Part shown: positions 44,437 to 54,887 of the stretch, one piece after another | How the letters are laid out: each line of letters opens with the position of its first letter | Position numbering within the stretch: the first letter of the stretch is position 1 | DNA from: an uncultured Rhodospirillaceae bacterium | Lineage (GTDB): Bacteria > Pseudomonadota > Alphaproteobacteria > JAEULC01 | DNA: 64,000 nt | Reading direction: 5' to 3' | Assembly (NCBI GenBank): GCA_964557415.1 | Contig: CAZLBB010000007.1 | Location: 9,064 to 73,063 of the forward strand | Program-made: the position numbers and the translations under genes | The notes under the pieces: model-generated | Told to the model about the DNA's origin: nothing | The model's database searches: none | What the model saw: the letters and a program-made list of their open reading frames with translations, nothing else

Positions 44437-45585
44437 ATGAGCGAGATTTCGAAGAAACCCGACGTGCAGGTCGACAAGGCCGCGACCCGCCGCAAGTTCC
44501 TGGTCGGTGCCGGCGCCGGCGCGGCCGCCGTCGCCACGCTCGCGACACCCAGCGTGTCGCGCGCGCAGACGACGACCCTGAAGATGCAGACCTCGTGGCC
44601 GGCGTCGGACATCTTCCAGGAAATGGCCGCCGACTACTGCGACCGCGTGAACGCGATGGCGGGCGGCAGGCTCAAGGTCGACCTGCTGACCGGCGGCGCC
44701 GTGGTGCATCCGTTCAGCGTGCAGGACGCGGTCCATACCGGCGCGCTCGACGCAGCCCATACCGTCACCGTCTACTGGTACGGCAAGCACAAGGCCGCGT
44801 CGCTGTTCGGCACCGGGCCGGTGTTCGGCTTCAACGCCGAGCAGGGTCTGGGCTGGATCCACAAGGGCGGCGGGCAGGAGCTGTTCCAGGAGCTGCTCGA
44901 CAACATCCTCAAGATCAACATCGTCAGCTTCTTCGCCATGCCGATGCCGACCCAGCCGCTCGGCTGGTTCAAGAAGCCGATCAAGACGTCTGCTGAGCTG
45001 AAGGGCCTGAAGTACCGCACCGTGGGCTTGGCGGCCGACCTGTTCCAGGCGATGGGTGCGGCCGTGGCGCAGCTCCCCGGCGGCGAGATCGTGCCGGCGA
45101 TGGAGCGCGGCGTCATCGACGCGTTCGAGTTCAACAACCCGACCTCGGATCGCCGCTTCGGGGCGCAGAACGTGGCCAAGAACTACATGCTGGGCTCGTA
45201 CCATCAGGCAACCGAGTATTTCGAGCTGATGTTCAACAAGACCAAGTTCAACGCGCTGCCCAAGGAACACCAGGCGATCCTGCGCTACGGCGCGGAGGCC
45301 GCCTCCTCGGCCAACTACTGGAAGGCCATGGACGTCTACTCCAAGGACCTGCAGGAGCTGCGCGAGAAGGAGAAGGTCACGGTCATCCGCACGCCGAAGG
45401 AGGTGTTCGAGGCGCAGATCAAGGCCTGGGACGGCCTGATCGACAAGCTCGGCGCCGATCCCTTCATGAAGAAGGTGATGGAGTCGCAGAAGGCCTGGAC
45501 CAAGCGCGTCGTGTACTACGAAATGCTCAACGCGGCCGACTATCAGACCGCGTATGAGCATCACTTCGGCAAGCTCGGTCTGTAG
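44437..45585 (+). CDS. TRAP transporter substrate-binding protein (DctP family), Tat-type signal
   Basis: RRKFLVGAGAGAAAVATLA twin-arginine signal plus the DctP fold. GAGGAGG lies 6 nt upstream of the ATG. Confidence 0.85.
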   Translation: MSEISKKPDVQVDKAATRRKFLVGAGAGAAAVATLATPSVSRAQTTTLKMQTSWPASDIFQEMAADYCDRVNAMAGGRLKVDLLTGGAVVHPFSVQDAVHTGALDAAHTVTVYWYGKHKAASLFGTGPVFGFNAEQGLGWIHKGGGQELFQELLDNILKINIVSFFAMPMPTQPLGWFKKPIKTSAELKGLKYRTVGLAADLFQAMGAAVAQLPGGEIVPAMERGVIDAFEFNNPTSDRRFGAQNVAKNYMLGSYHQATEYFELMFNKTKFNALPKEHQAILRYGAEAASSANYWKAMDVYSKDLQELREKEKVTVIRTPKEVFEAQIKAWDGLIDKLGADPFMKKVMESQKAWTKRVVYYEMLNAADYQTAYEHHFGKLGL

Positions 45586-45694
45586 CGCATCGTCGGCGGT
45601 CTGGCGGGGCGGCGCCTGACGGCGCCGCCCTTGCCGCGCTTCCGGGGGTGAAATTCGGGGGAGCAAAGCGGCGCAGGCCGGCCGCGATCACGCC

Positions 45695-46306
45695 ATGAAC
45701 AAGGTCCTGCTTTTCATCGACCAGATCAGCGCCTGGGTCGGCAAGTGCTTCGGCTGGCTGATCCTGGTCCTGACGCTGGGCGTCAGCTACGAGGTGTTCG
45801 TGCGCTATGCGCTGCGCGCGCCGACCACCTGGGCGTTCGATTTCAGCTACATCATGTACGGGGCGCTGCTGCTGATGGCCGGCCCCTACACCCTTTCGCG
45901 GAACGGGCACGTGCGCGGCGACGTGCTTTATCGCCTGTGGCCGCACCGCGTGCAGGCGTCGGTCGAGCTGACGCTGTACATCATCTTCTTTCTGCCCGCG
46001 GTGCTGGCGTTGATCTATTCCGGCTGGACCTTCGCCAGCATGTCGATCCGCTTCAAGGAGGTCAGCATCTTCAGTCCCGCCGGCGTGCCGGTCTTTCCGT
46101 TGAAGACCTTGATTCCCGTGGCCGGCTGCCTGTTGCTGTTGCAGGGCATCGCCGAGATCATCCGCTGCGTCGTGTGCCTGCGCAGCGGGCGCTGGCCGCA
46201 GCGGCTGCATGACGTCGAAGAGCTGGAAACGGCGATCCTGGCCCAGGCCCAGGCGCATGGCGGGCAGTCGGCATCCGCTGCCGGCACAAGCGGAGCGTCT
46301 CGATGA
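45695..46306 (+). CDS. TRAP transporter small permease (DctQ family)
   Basis: 203 aa with 4 TM helices. Precedes and overlaps the start of the large permease (ATGA). Confidence 0.8.
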   Translation: MNKVLLFIDQISAWVGKCFGWLILVLTLGVSYEVFVRYALRAPTTWAFDFSYIMYGALLLMAGPYTLSRNGHVRGDVLYRLWPHRVQASVELTLYIIFFLPAVLALIYSGWTFASMSIRFKEVSIFSPAGVPVFPLKTLIPVAGCLLLLQGIAEIIRCVVCLRSGRWPQRLHDVEELETAILAQAQAHGGQSASAAGTSGASR

Positions 46307-47658
46307 CCAACCCCGAAGTCGGCATCCTGATGCTGGCGCTGTTCATCCTCATCGTCATGCTCGGATTCCCCATCGCCTTCACGCTGATCGCGATGGGCGT
46401 CATCTTCGGCTATTACGCCTATGCCGGTCCGACCCAGCTCGACAACATCTTCGACAATCGGATCTTCGGCCTGCTGGTGCAGAAGACGTTCGAGGTGACG
46501 ACCAGCGACGTGCTGACCGCCGTTCCGCTGTTCCTCTTCATGGGATACATCGTCGAACGCAGCAACATTCTCGATCGCCTGTTCCACAGCATCCAGCTGG
46601 CCGCGCGCCACGTGCCTGGCTCGCTGGCGGTTGCGACGCTCGTCACCTGCGCGCTGTTTGCGACCGCGACCGGGATCGTCGGCGCCGTCGTCACGCTGAT
46701 GGGGCTGCTCGCCTATCCCGCGATGCTCAAGGCCGGCTACGACACCAAGCTCGCCTCCGGCGTCGTCTGCGCGGGGGGATGCCTCGGCATTCTCATCCCG
46801 CCGAGCATCCTCCTGATCGTCTATGCCGCGACAGCCGGCATCTCGGCGGTCAAGCTCTACGCCGCCGCCTTCTTCCCCGGCTTCCTCCTGGCCGGGCTCT
46901 ACGTCGTCTACGTCATCATCTTCGCGCTGATCTTCCCGAAGGCCGCGCCGAAGCTGCCGAAGTCCGAGACCGACGTGCCGTTCGGCACGCTGCTCTGGGC
47001 GCTGGCGACGTCGTTCTTCCCGCTCGCCGTGCTGATCCTGGCCGTTCTCGGCGCCATCCTGTTCGGTCTCGCCACCCCGTCGGAGGCGGCAGCGGTCGGT
47101 GCTCTCGGCAGCATGGTCCTGGCGGCCTGCTACCGGGCCCTGAACTTCGAGCGCGTGCGCGAGGCGGTGTTCCTCACCGCCCGCACCACGGCGATGGTCT
47201 GCTACCTGTTCATCGGCTCTTGGACGTTCTCCTCGGTGTTCTCGTATCTCGGCGGCCATTCCGTGGTCGAGGAGTTCGTCAAGTCGCTGAACATGTCGCC
47301 GACGCAGTTCCTGATCATGACCCAGGCCATCATCTTCCTGCTCGGCTGGCCGCTGGAGTGGAGCGAGATCATCATCATCTTCGTTCCGATCTTCCTGCCG
47401 CTGCTCAAGGCCTTCGACATCGATCCGATCTTCTTCGGCATCCTGGTGGCGCTGAACATCCAGACCTCGTTCAACACGCCACCGATGGCAATGGCCGCCT
47501 ATTATCTCAAGGGCGTCGCGCCGCCGCACGTGCGCCTGACGCAGATCTTCGCCGGGGCGCTGCCCTTCGTGTCGATGGTGTTCCTCAGCATGGTGCTCGT
47601 GTACACCTATCCGCAGATCGTGCTGTGGCTGCCCGACTACCTGTACACGCCGCGATGA
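46303..47658 (+). CDS. TRAP transporter large permease (DctM family)
   Basis: 451 aa, about 12 TM helices, DctM family. Its stop overlaps the amidase start (ATGA). Confidence 0.85.
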   Translation: MTNPEVGILMLALFILIVMLGFPIAFTLIAMGVIFGYYAYAGPTQLDNIFDNRIFGLLVQKTFEVTTSDVLTAVPLFLFMGYIVERSNILDRLFHSIQLAARHVPGSLAVATLVTCALFATATGIVGAVVTLMGLLAYPAMLKAGYDTKLASGVVCAGGCLGILIPPSILLIVYAATAGISAVKLYAAAFFPGFLLAGLYVVYVIIFALIFPKAAPKLPKSETDVPFGTLLWALATSFFPLAVLILAVLGAILFGLATPSEAAAVGALGSMVLAACYRALNFERVREAVFLTARTTAMVCYLFIGSWTFSSVFSYLGGHSVVEEFVKSLNMSPTQFLIMTQAIIFLLGWPLEWSEIIIIFVPIFLPLLKAFDIDPIFFGILVALNIQTSFNTPPMAMAAYYLKGVAPPHVRLTQIFAGALPFVSMVFLSMVLVYTYPQIVLWLPDYLYTPR

Positions 47659-49028
47659 GCCTGCACGAGCTGTCGCTGGCGCAAGCCGCCCTCGAGATTC
47701 GCGAGGGCAGGGTCAAGTCCGTCGAGCTGGTGCGTGCCTGCCTCGATCGCATCAAGGCGATCGACGCCGACATCCGTGCCTGGACCTTCCTGGATCCGGA
47801 TCACGCGATCCGGCAGGCCGAGGCGCTGGACCGGCACCGCAGCCAGGGCAAGGCCGTCGGCCGGCTGCACGGCGTTCCCGTCGGCATCAAGGACGTGTTC
47901 GACACGGGCGACATGCCGACCGAGCTCGGCTCGCCGCTCTATGCCGGTCGCACGCCCAGGCGGGACGCCGCCTGCGTGTCCCGGCTGCGCAGCGCCGGCG
48001 CGGTCATCATGGGCAAGACGGTCACGACCGAGTTCGCCTACTTCACGCCGGGCAAGACGGCGAACCCGCACGACCCGAAACGCACGCCCGGCGGCTCGTC
48101 CTCCGGCTCCGCCGCCGCCGTCGCGGCGATGATGGTACCCGGCGCCATCGGTTCGCAGACCGCGGGATCGACGATCCGGCCGGCCGCATTCTGCGGCGTG
48201 GTGGGCTTCAAGCCGACGCACGGACTGATCCCGCGCAGCGGCGCTCTGCTTCTGTCGCGTACGCTCGACCATGTCGGCGTGTTCGCGCGCACCATCGAGG
48301 ACGCCGCGCTCCTGGCCGAGATCATGGCGGGGCACGACAAGGACGATCCCGACACGCGGCCGATTGCGACACCGCCGCTCGCCGCGGTCGCGTCGGAAGA
48401 GCCACCGCTGCCGCCGCGCTTCGCCTTCGTCAGGACGCCCATGTGGGAGCAGGCGGAGAAGAGTACCCAGGAGGCCTTCGCCGGGTTCGCGAAGCTGCTC
48501 GGCGAGCATACCGGCGATGTCGAGCTGCCTTCGTCCGCCGGCGAAGTCATGGCGCTGCACGGCACCGTGATGGATGTCGAGATGGCGGGCAACCTGCATC
48601 GCGAATACGAGGACGGGTCGGAGAAGATGAGCCTCCGGCTGCGCCAGCTGATCGAGCGCGGCCGCGGGCACCTGGCCGTGGCATACCGTCGCGCAGTCGA
48701 CCTGGTGGAGCCGCTCAACGCTTCCATCGACGCCATCTTCGACGAATACGACGCGATCCTGACGCCGACGGCGCCGGGCGAGGCGCCACTCGGGCTCGAT
48801 GCCACGGGCACCCCGGTGTTCTGCTCGATGTGGACCTATCTCGGCACGCCCGCCGTCACGCTGCCGCTGATGCAAGGGCCGGCCGGCATGCCGCTCGGCG
48901 TGCAATTGGTAGGGCGGCGCGGCAACGATGCGCGGCTGCTGCGCACGGCGCGGTGGCTCGCGCGCCATGTGGCCGGCGGGCCCTCAAGGGGCGGGCGGAG
49001 CAAGGCCGCCAGGCGCGGCAAGCGCTAG
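47655..49028 (+). CDS. Amidase-signature (AS) family amidase
   Basis: Has the GGSSSGSAAAVAA signature and Ser-cisSer-Lys triad context (GVPVGIKDVFDT ... KTVTTEFAY). The ORF-track entry 46209..49028 is an over-extension. Confidence 0.8.
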   Translation: MSLHELSLAQAALEIREGRVKSVELVRACLDRIKAIDADIRAWTFLDPDHAIRQAEALDRHRSQGKAVGRLHGVPVGIKDVFDTGDMPTELGSPLYAGRTPRRDAACVSRLRSAGAVIMGKTVTTEFAYFTPGKTANPHDPKRTPGGSSSGSAAAVAAMMVPGAIGSQTAGSTIRPAAFCGVVGFKPTHGLIPRSGALLLSRTLDHVGVFARTIEDAALLAEIMAGHDKDDPDTRPIATPPLAAVASEEPPLPPRFAFVRTPMWEQAEKSTQEAFAGFAKLLGEHTGDVELPSSAGEVMALHGTVMDVEMAGNLHREYEDGSEKMSLRLRQLIERGRGHLAVAYRRAVDLVEPLNASIDAIFDEYDAILTPTAPGEAPLGLDATGTPVFCSMWTYLGTPAVTLPLMQGPAGMPLGVQLVGRRGNDARLLRTARWLARHVAGGPSRGGRSKAARRGKR

Positions 49029-49050
49029 ATCAGCGGAAGCGGGGACGGAC

Positions 49051-49233
49051 ATGGTGAGCACGTTGATCGCAGGAGTGATCGGGATAGCGATGGTGTGCGG
49101 GTTCCTTGCCATCCTCCTGATCTGGGTTCCTGCACTTCCGATCGTCATCATCATCCTCATGGTGATCGCCATGATGGTCTACGACTTCTGGCTCTCGCTC
49201 CGCGGCAACGGCAGCACACCCTATCGGCGCTGA
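49051..49233 (+). CDS. Small hydrophobic protein (60 aa, 2 TM)
   Basis: The translation MVSTLIAGVIGIAMVCGFLAILLIWVPALPIVIIILMVIAMMVYDFWLSLRGN. Starts 23 nt after the amidase stop. Codon usage is coding-like. Confidence 0.3.
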   Translation: MVSTLIAGVIGIAMVCGFLAILLIWVPALPIVIIILMVIAMMVYDFWLSLRGNGSTPYRR

Positions 49234-49409
49234 CGTCCGTCGCAGTCCCGCCGCCATTGCGACACGGAATCCGGCCGGGACCAAAGATCGGGCTTGCGCA
49301 TCTTGCCTCGCCGGCGCGCGCGCCCACGCGGACATCGCCTGGTGCCGCTCCGGGTGTGGATGGGCAGCAAAGGCGTCCTGGCGAAGATCGAAGAAGCGAT
49401 GGGCCGGCG

Positions 49410-50666
49410 TCACGCCTTCGCCGTATCGCGCGACAGCAGCGCCGCGCCGGTTCCGATCGCCAGAATCAGCGGCAACACGGCGAAGGCGCGGTAATAGGCC
49501 GCGGCAGAATAGACGCGCGCGCCGGCCGACATCGTGCCGTCCCATTGCAGGTCCAGCAGCGCGCCGATCAGCGGCTGCAGCAGGGCGCCGCTGCCGACCA
49601 CGAAGGTGTTGACCACGCCCAGCACCGTGCCGCTGACCTGCGGCGGGGTGGTTTCGCGCGCCAGCGCCACGCCCACCACCATGGTCGAGGCGCAGAGCCC
49701 CTGCATGGTCATCAAGCCGGCGATGGCCCAGGCCGGCGCGCCGTCGACCAGCGGCAGGGCCGCGAGCAACAGCGTGGTGAGCGCGCCGCTCGCCAGCATC
49801 GGCGCGCGGCGCCGGCCGAGCCGGTCGGACAGCCAGCCGACCAGCGGGGCGCCGATGCCCCAGCCGATGAACATGATCGAGGTGAGCGCCGCAGCCTCGG
49901 CGCGCGTCATGCCTTGCGTCTGGGTCAGATAGGGCACGGCCCAGAGGCCGCCGAAGGCGACCATGGGCGACACCATCGCCATGCCGAAGATGCCCGACAG
50001 CCAGGTCTGGCGCCGGGCCAGCACGATGCGCAGTCCCGCGCCCAGGCCCACCGAGACGTGCGTTGCCGCCGGCCGGTCGCGCGCCACGGCCCAGATCGCG
50101 GCGGCCAGCGCCAATCCCAGCGCCGCCAGCACCATCATCGCGCCGCGCCAGCCCCAGTCCGCGACCAGCGCGGCGATCGGCGCCTGGCCGAACACGGCGC
50201 CCGCCATGCCGAAAGCCTGGGTGCCGCCGGCGAGCCCGGCGAAGCGCCGCGGCGGAAACCACTGCAGCGCCACCGTCAGCGCGCCGACCCAGCTGAAGGC
50301 GGAGCCCGCGCCGATCAGGAGGCGGCCGGCGTAGGCGAACAGGATCGACTCGCCCGCGGTGAACACCAGGCTGCCGATGCCGGCCAGCAGCAGCCCGCCG
50401 GTCATCAGCCGCCGCGGCCCCAGCCGGTCGAGCATGAAGCCGATCGGGATCTGCAGGCTGGCATAAGCATAGAAATAGAAGGCGGTCAGATTGCCGAGGA
50501 TCGCCGCGCCGACGGCGAAGTCGCGCATCAGCTCCTCGACCATCACCGAGGGCGCCACGCGCTGGGCGAAGGCGTAGAAGAAGAACAGCGAGGCGAGCAG
50601 CCATGCCGCCCAGGCGCGCACCGTGACGACGCTGGACGCGGGTTCGCCTGCCGTTCCGGCGGTCAA
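49410..50666 (-). CDS. MFS transporter
   Basis: 418 aa, 12 TM helices. MFS motif A-like loops (GFMLDRLGPRRLM; GWLSDRLGRRRAPM). Confidence 0.8.
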   Translation of the reverse strand: MTAGTAGEPASSVVTVRAWAAWLLASLFFFYAFAQRVAPSVMVEELMRDFAVGAAILGNLTAFYFYAYASLQIPIGFMLDRLGPRRLMTGGLLLAGIGSLVFTAGESILFAYAGRLLIGAGSAFSWVGALTVALQWFPPRRFAGLAGGTQAFGMAGAVFGQAPIAALVADWGWRGAMMVLAALGLALAAAIWAVARDRPAATHVSVGLGAGLRIVLARRQTWLSGIFGMAMVSPMVAFGGLWAVPYLTQTQGMTRAEAAALTSIMFIGWGIGAPLVGWLSDRLGRRRAPMLASGALTTLLLAALPLVDGAPAWAIAGLMTMQGLCASTMVVGVALARETTPPQVSGTVLGVVNTFVVGSGALLQPLIGALLDLQWDGTMSAGARVYSAAAYYRAFAVLPLILAIGTGAALLSRDTAKA

Positions 50667-50682
50667 GGCGCGGGCAGCGTCC

Positions 50683-52953
50683 CTACCTGACCGCCTGGTA
50701 CGCCGCCAGCACGGCGGCCTGCACCACGTCGGACACGGTGGCGCGCAGGTGCACGATCTGCACCGGCTTCTCCAGCCCGATCAGGATCGGGCCGATCATC
50801 GTGGCGCCGCCCAGCTGGTGCATCAGGCGGGTCGACACGTCGGCCGTGTGCAGCGCCGGCATCACCAGGACGTTCGCCTGGCCCTTGAGGCGGCAGAACG
50901 GGAAGAAGCGCTCGCGCAGCTCGGGCTCCAGCGCCATGTCGGCGTTCATCTCGCCGTCGTACATGAAGTCGACCTTGCGCCGGTCGAGCACGGCGACCGC
51001 ATCGCGCACGCGCTGCGCCTTCTCGCGCCAGGGGTTGCCGAAATTGGAGAAGGACAGCAGCGCCACGCGCGGCTCGTGTCCCATCTGGCGCGCGACCGCC
51101 GCGCTCTGCACGGCGATATCGGCCAGCATCTCGGGCTCGGGCAGCGAATGCACGTTCGTGTCGGCGATGAACAGGGTGCGGCCGCGCGCGACGACGATCA
51201 TCATGCCGAAGGCGCGCTCGCCCGGCTTATGGTCGATCACGCGGCTGATGTCCTCGTAGCAGACCATCCAGCTGCGCGTCAGGCCCGTGACCATCGCGTC
51301 CGCGTCGCCGCAGGCGACCATGCAGGCGGCGAACACGTTGCGGTCCTGGTTCACCATGCGCTGGCAGTCGCGGTACAGCGCGCCTCTGCGCTGCAGCCGC
51401 GAATAGAGGAAGTCGGTGTACTTCTTGTTGTTGCTCGACAGCCGCGCGTTGTGGACCTCGAGGTCGGCGGTACCTTGCAGCCCCGCCGCCTTGATCGTGT
51501 CGGCCATGCGGTGCTCGCGCCCGATCAGGACCGGCGTGCCGTACCCTTGGGCACGGAAGGCGAGCGCGGCGCGGATCGCCTTTTCCTCCTCGCCCTCGGT
51601 GAACACGACGCGGCGCGGGTTGGCGCGCACCGTCTCGGTGATGCGCGTCAGGCTCGAGGCGGTCGGGTCGAGGCGTGAGCGCAGCGTGGCGCGATAGGCC
51701 TTGACGTCGACGATCGGCCGCCGCGCCACGCCGGAATCCATCGCCGCGCGCGCGACCGCCTCCGGCACCGCCTCGATCAGGCGCGGATCGAACGGGACCG
51801 GGATGATGTATTCCGGCCCGTAGCGCAGGCGTCTTCCGCCATAGGCGGCGTCGACCTCGTCCGGCACGTCCTCGCGCGCGAGCGCGGCGAGCGCGCGGGC
51901 GGCGGCGATCTTCATCGCGTCGTTGATGGTCGAGGCGCGCACGTCGAGCGCGCCGCGGAAGATGTAGGGGAAGCCCAGCACGTTGTTGATCTGGTTCGGG
52001 TAGTCCGAGCGGCCGGTGGCGATGATGGCGTCGTTGCGGACCGCCTTGACGTCCTCGGGCGTGATCTCCGGGTCGGGATTGGCCATGGCGAAGATGATCG
52101 GCCTCGCCGCCATCGACTTGACCATCTTCTGGTCGACCGCGTCCTTGACCGACAGGCCGAAGAAGACGTCGGCGCCTTCCATCGCCTCCGTCAGCGTGCG
52201 CGCTTTCGTCTCGACCGCGTGCGCCGACTTCCACTGGTTCATGCCCTTGGGGCGGCCGCGGTAGATCACGCCCTGGCTGTCGCATAGGATCGCGTTCTCG
52301 GGCGGCAGGCCCAGCGTCTTGATCAGCTCGACGCAGGCGATCGACGCCGCGCCCGCGCCGTTGATCACCAGCTTTATGCTCCTGAGGTCGCGTCCGGTCA
52401 GGTCGAGCGCGTTCAAGAGGCCGGCCGTGGCGATGATCGCCGTGCCGTGCTGGTCGTCGTGGAAGACCGGGATGTCCATCAGCTCGCGCAGGCGCTGCTC
52501 GATGATGAAGCACTCCGGCGCCTTGATGTCCTCGAGGTTGATGCCGCCCCAGGTCTTGCCGAGGAAGCGCACGCAGTTGACGAACTCGTCGACGTCGTGC
52601 GTATCGACCTCGAGGTCGATGCCGTCGATGTCGGCGAAGCGCTTGAACAGCACCGACTTGCCTTCCATCACCGGCTTGGCCGCCAGCGCGCCGAGGTCGC
52701 CGAGGCCCAGCACCGCCGTGCCGTTCGAGATCACGGCGACGATGTTGCCCTTGGCCGTGTAGTCGTAGGCGCTGTCGGGATCCTTCTGGATGCGCAGGCA
52801 CGGCACCGCCACGCCCGGCGAATAGGCGAGGCTCAGGTCGCGCTGCGTCGTCAGCGGCTTGGTCGGCGCGATCGACAGCTTGCCCGGCCGGCCGCTCGAG
52901 TGCAGCAGCAGGGCTTCCTCGTCGCTGATGCGGATGCGGCGATCTTCGATCAC
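50683..52953 (-). CDS. maeB: NADP-dependent malic enzyme (malic-enzyme domain + phosphotransacetylase-like domain)
   Basis: 756 aa. Malic-enzyme motifs (PVFHDDQHGTAII ... INGAGAASI) followed by a PTA-like C-terminal half. Confidence 0.9.
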   Translation of the reverse strand: MIEDRRIRISDEEALLLHSSGRPGKLSIAPTKPLTTQRDLSLAYSPGVAVPCLRIQKDPDSAYDYTAKGNIVAVISNGTAVLGLGDLGALAAKPVMEGKSVLFKRFADIDGIDLEVDTHDVDEFVNCVRFLGKTWGGINLEDIKAPECFIIEQRLRELMDIPVFHDDQHGTAIIATAGLLNALDLTGRDLRSIKLVINGAGAASIACVELIKTLGLPPENAILCDSQGVIYRGRPKGMNQWKSAHAVETKARTLTEAMEGADVFFGLSVKDAVDQKMVKSMAARPIIFAMANPDPEITPEDVKAVRNDAIIATGRSDYPNQINNVLGFPYIFRGALDVRASTINDAMKIAAARALAALAREDVPDEVDAAYGGRRLRYGPEYIIPVPFDPRLIEAVPEAVARAAMDSGVARRPIVDVKAYRATLRSRLDPTASSLTRITETVRANPRRVVFTEGEEEKAIRAALAFRAQGYGTPVLIGREHRMADTIKAAGLQGTADLEVHNARLSSNNKKYTDFLYSRLQRRGALYRDCQRMVNQDRNVFAACMVACGDADAMVTGLTRSWMVCYEDISRVIDHKPGERAFGMMIVVARGRTLFIADTNVHSLPEPEMLADIAVQSAAVARQMGHEPRVALLSFSNFGNPWREKAQRVRDAVAVLDRRKVDFMYDGEMNADMALEPELRERFFPFCRLKGQANVLVMPALHTADVSTRLMHQLGGATMIGPILIGLEKPVQIVHLRATVSDVVQAAVLAAYQAVR

Positions 52954-53046
52954 GGCGGCGTTTCCTTATCCCCGAAGCTCCTGGACTCGTTGCCCGAGAT
53001 AATCCCAGGTTTGTCGCTTCCCTGTCCAGCAATCCGGGAGGAAACG

Positions 53047-53877
53047 CTATCCCTTGATCGCGCCGGCGCCCCAGCCGGAGACGAGATAGCGCTGCACCGC
53101 AACAAAGAACACCAGCGCCGGGATCGTGATCATCACGCCGGCCGCCATCACCATGCCCCAGTCGGTGACGGTCGACTCGTAGAGGTCCTGGATGCCGACC
53201 GGCAGGGTCTTGAGCTGGTCGGCGCCGATCAGCACGCGCGCGAACAGGTAGTCGTTCCACGCCACGATGAAGGTGAAGATCGACACGGCGATGACGCCGG
53301 GCAGCGCCAGCGGCACGATGATCAGCGCGACGGCGCGCGGGCGCGAGGCGCCGTCGATCATCGCCGCTTCCTCCAGCTCGAGCGGGATCGACTGGAAGAA
53401 CGAGCGCAGCATCCACATGCTGAACGGCAGCGAGAAGGTCGTGTAGGACAGGATCAGCCCCAGATGCGAGTTCACCAGACCGGCGCTGCGCATCAGGATG
53501 TAGAACGGCACCACGATCATGATCGGCGCGAACATGTAGGTGAACAGCATGGTGCCCGCGACTGCCTCGCGGCCGCGGAAGCGGAAGCGCGTGATCGCAT
53601 AGGCCGCCAGTACCGCGACCAGGATCGTCAGCAGCGTCGCCGCGCCCGCCACGGTGATGCTGTTGACGAAATAGGTGAGGAAGCGCGTCTGCGTGAACAG
53701 GCGCTGATAGGCGTCGAGATGCGCCTGCCAGGTCAGGAACGTCGGCACCGCCTGGATGATCTCGGCATCGGGCTTCACCGAGGTCAGCACCATCCAGTAG
53801 AGCGGGAAGCCGCACGTCAGGCAGATCACGCCCGCCGCCAGGTAGACCGCCGTGCGCTGCGCGATCTGGGCGACCAT
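53047..53877 (-). CDS. Carbohydrate ABC transporter permease (MalG/UgpE-like)
   Basis: 276 aa, 6 TM. EAA loop (LEEAAMIDGASRPRAVALIIVPLALPG). Confidence 0.85.
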   Translation of the reverse strand: MVAQIAQRTAVYLAAGVICLTCGFPLYWMVLTSVKPDAEIIQAVPTFLTWQAHLDAYQRLFTQTRFLTYFVNSITVAGAATLLTILVAVLAAYAITRFRFRGREAVAGTMLFTYMFAPIMIVVPFYILMRSAGLVNSHLGLILSYTTFSLPFSMWMLRSFFQSIPLELEEAAMIDGASRPRAVALIIVPLALPGVIAVSIFTFIVAWNDYLFARVLIGADQLKTLPVGIQDLYESTVTDWGMVMAAGVMITIPALVFFVAVQRYLVSGWGAGAIKG

Positions 53878-53880
53878 GGC

Positions 53881-54816
53881 CTAGAGGTGCTCGTCGCGCT
53901 TGAACAGGCGGAAATACAGCGCCACGAACGCTGCCAGCATCAGGAACATGATCGTCGAGAGGGCCGCGCCCATGCCGACCTGCAGCTCGCCGAAGCTCTT
54001 GACGAAGGTGTAGATGGGCAAGGTGCGCACGTAGGAGCCAAGTCCGCCGGCGCCGGCGAACAGCCAGATGACGTCGAACTTCGTGAACATGAACATGAAG
54101 CGCAGCAGCACGACGACGAACAGGACGTTGCGGATCTGCGGCAGCGTCACGTGCCAGAAGCGCCGCAGGATGCCGGCGCCGTCCACCTTGGCGGCGGCGT
54201 AGAGCTCGGGGTCGATCGTCTGCAGGCGCGCCAGCGTACCGATCACGACGAAGGGGAAGAAGGTCCAGGTGCTGATCAGGATCATCGTCACCATGATCGT
54301 CTCGGGCGCGAACCACACGATGGCCCTGGTCACGATGGTCGATTCGAGCAGGTACTTGACGACGCCGATGCTGTCGTTGAACAGCCACCGCATCAGGATG
54401 ACGACGACGATGGTCGGCAGCATGTAGGGGAACAGCGCAAGCCCGCGCACGAAACCGCGGCCGATGAAGGTCTCGTTCAGGACCAGCGCCGCCGCGACGC
54501 CGACCACGATCTGCAGCGTCACCGTCCCGAAGGCGTAGATCGTGCCCAGCCACAGCGAGCGCCAGAACCCGTCGTAGTCGGTCAGGAAGAAGATGTAGTT
54601 GTCCAGCCCGACCCATGTCTGGATCGGCATGTAGGCGTGCTTGGCATGGAAGCTGATCCAGATGGAATAGGCGACGGGATAGAGGATGATGCCGATCACC
54701 AGCGCGACCGCCGGCGTCAGCAGGACGTAGCCCCACCAATGTTCGGGGATGCGCCGCGGCTTGAGCGCCGGCAGCGCCTTGCGTTCGGCATAGGCGACGG
54801 TCGTGGTCATCGACAT
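53881..54816 (-). CDS. Carbohydrate ABC transporter permease (MalF/UgpA-like)
   Basis: 311 aa. EAA-like loop (AAKVDGAGILRRFWHVTLPQI). Confidence 0.85.
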   Translation of the reverse strand: MSMTTTVAYAERKALPALKPRRIPEHWWGYVLLTPAVALVIGIILYPVAYSIWISFHAKHAYMPIQTWVGLDNYIFFLTDYDGFWRSLWLGTIYAFGTVTLQIVVGVAAALVLNETFIGRGFVRGLALFPYMLPTIVVVILMRWLFNDSIGVVKYLLESTIVTRAIVWFAPETIMVTMILISTWTFFPFVVIGTLARLQTIDPELYAAAKVDGAGILRRFWHVTLPQIRNVLFVVVLLRFMFMFTKFDVIWLFAGAGGLGSYVRTLPIYTFVKSFGELQVGMGAALSTIMFLMLAAFVALYFRLFKRDEHL

Positions 54817-54887
54817 GTCAATCCGGAGAGCTCCCCGCGCCGGCCTCGGCCGGCGCGGGGCATCATCTCAAGCGGTGCGTCCGCGGG

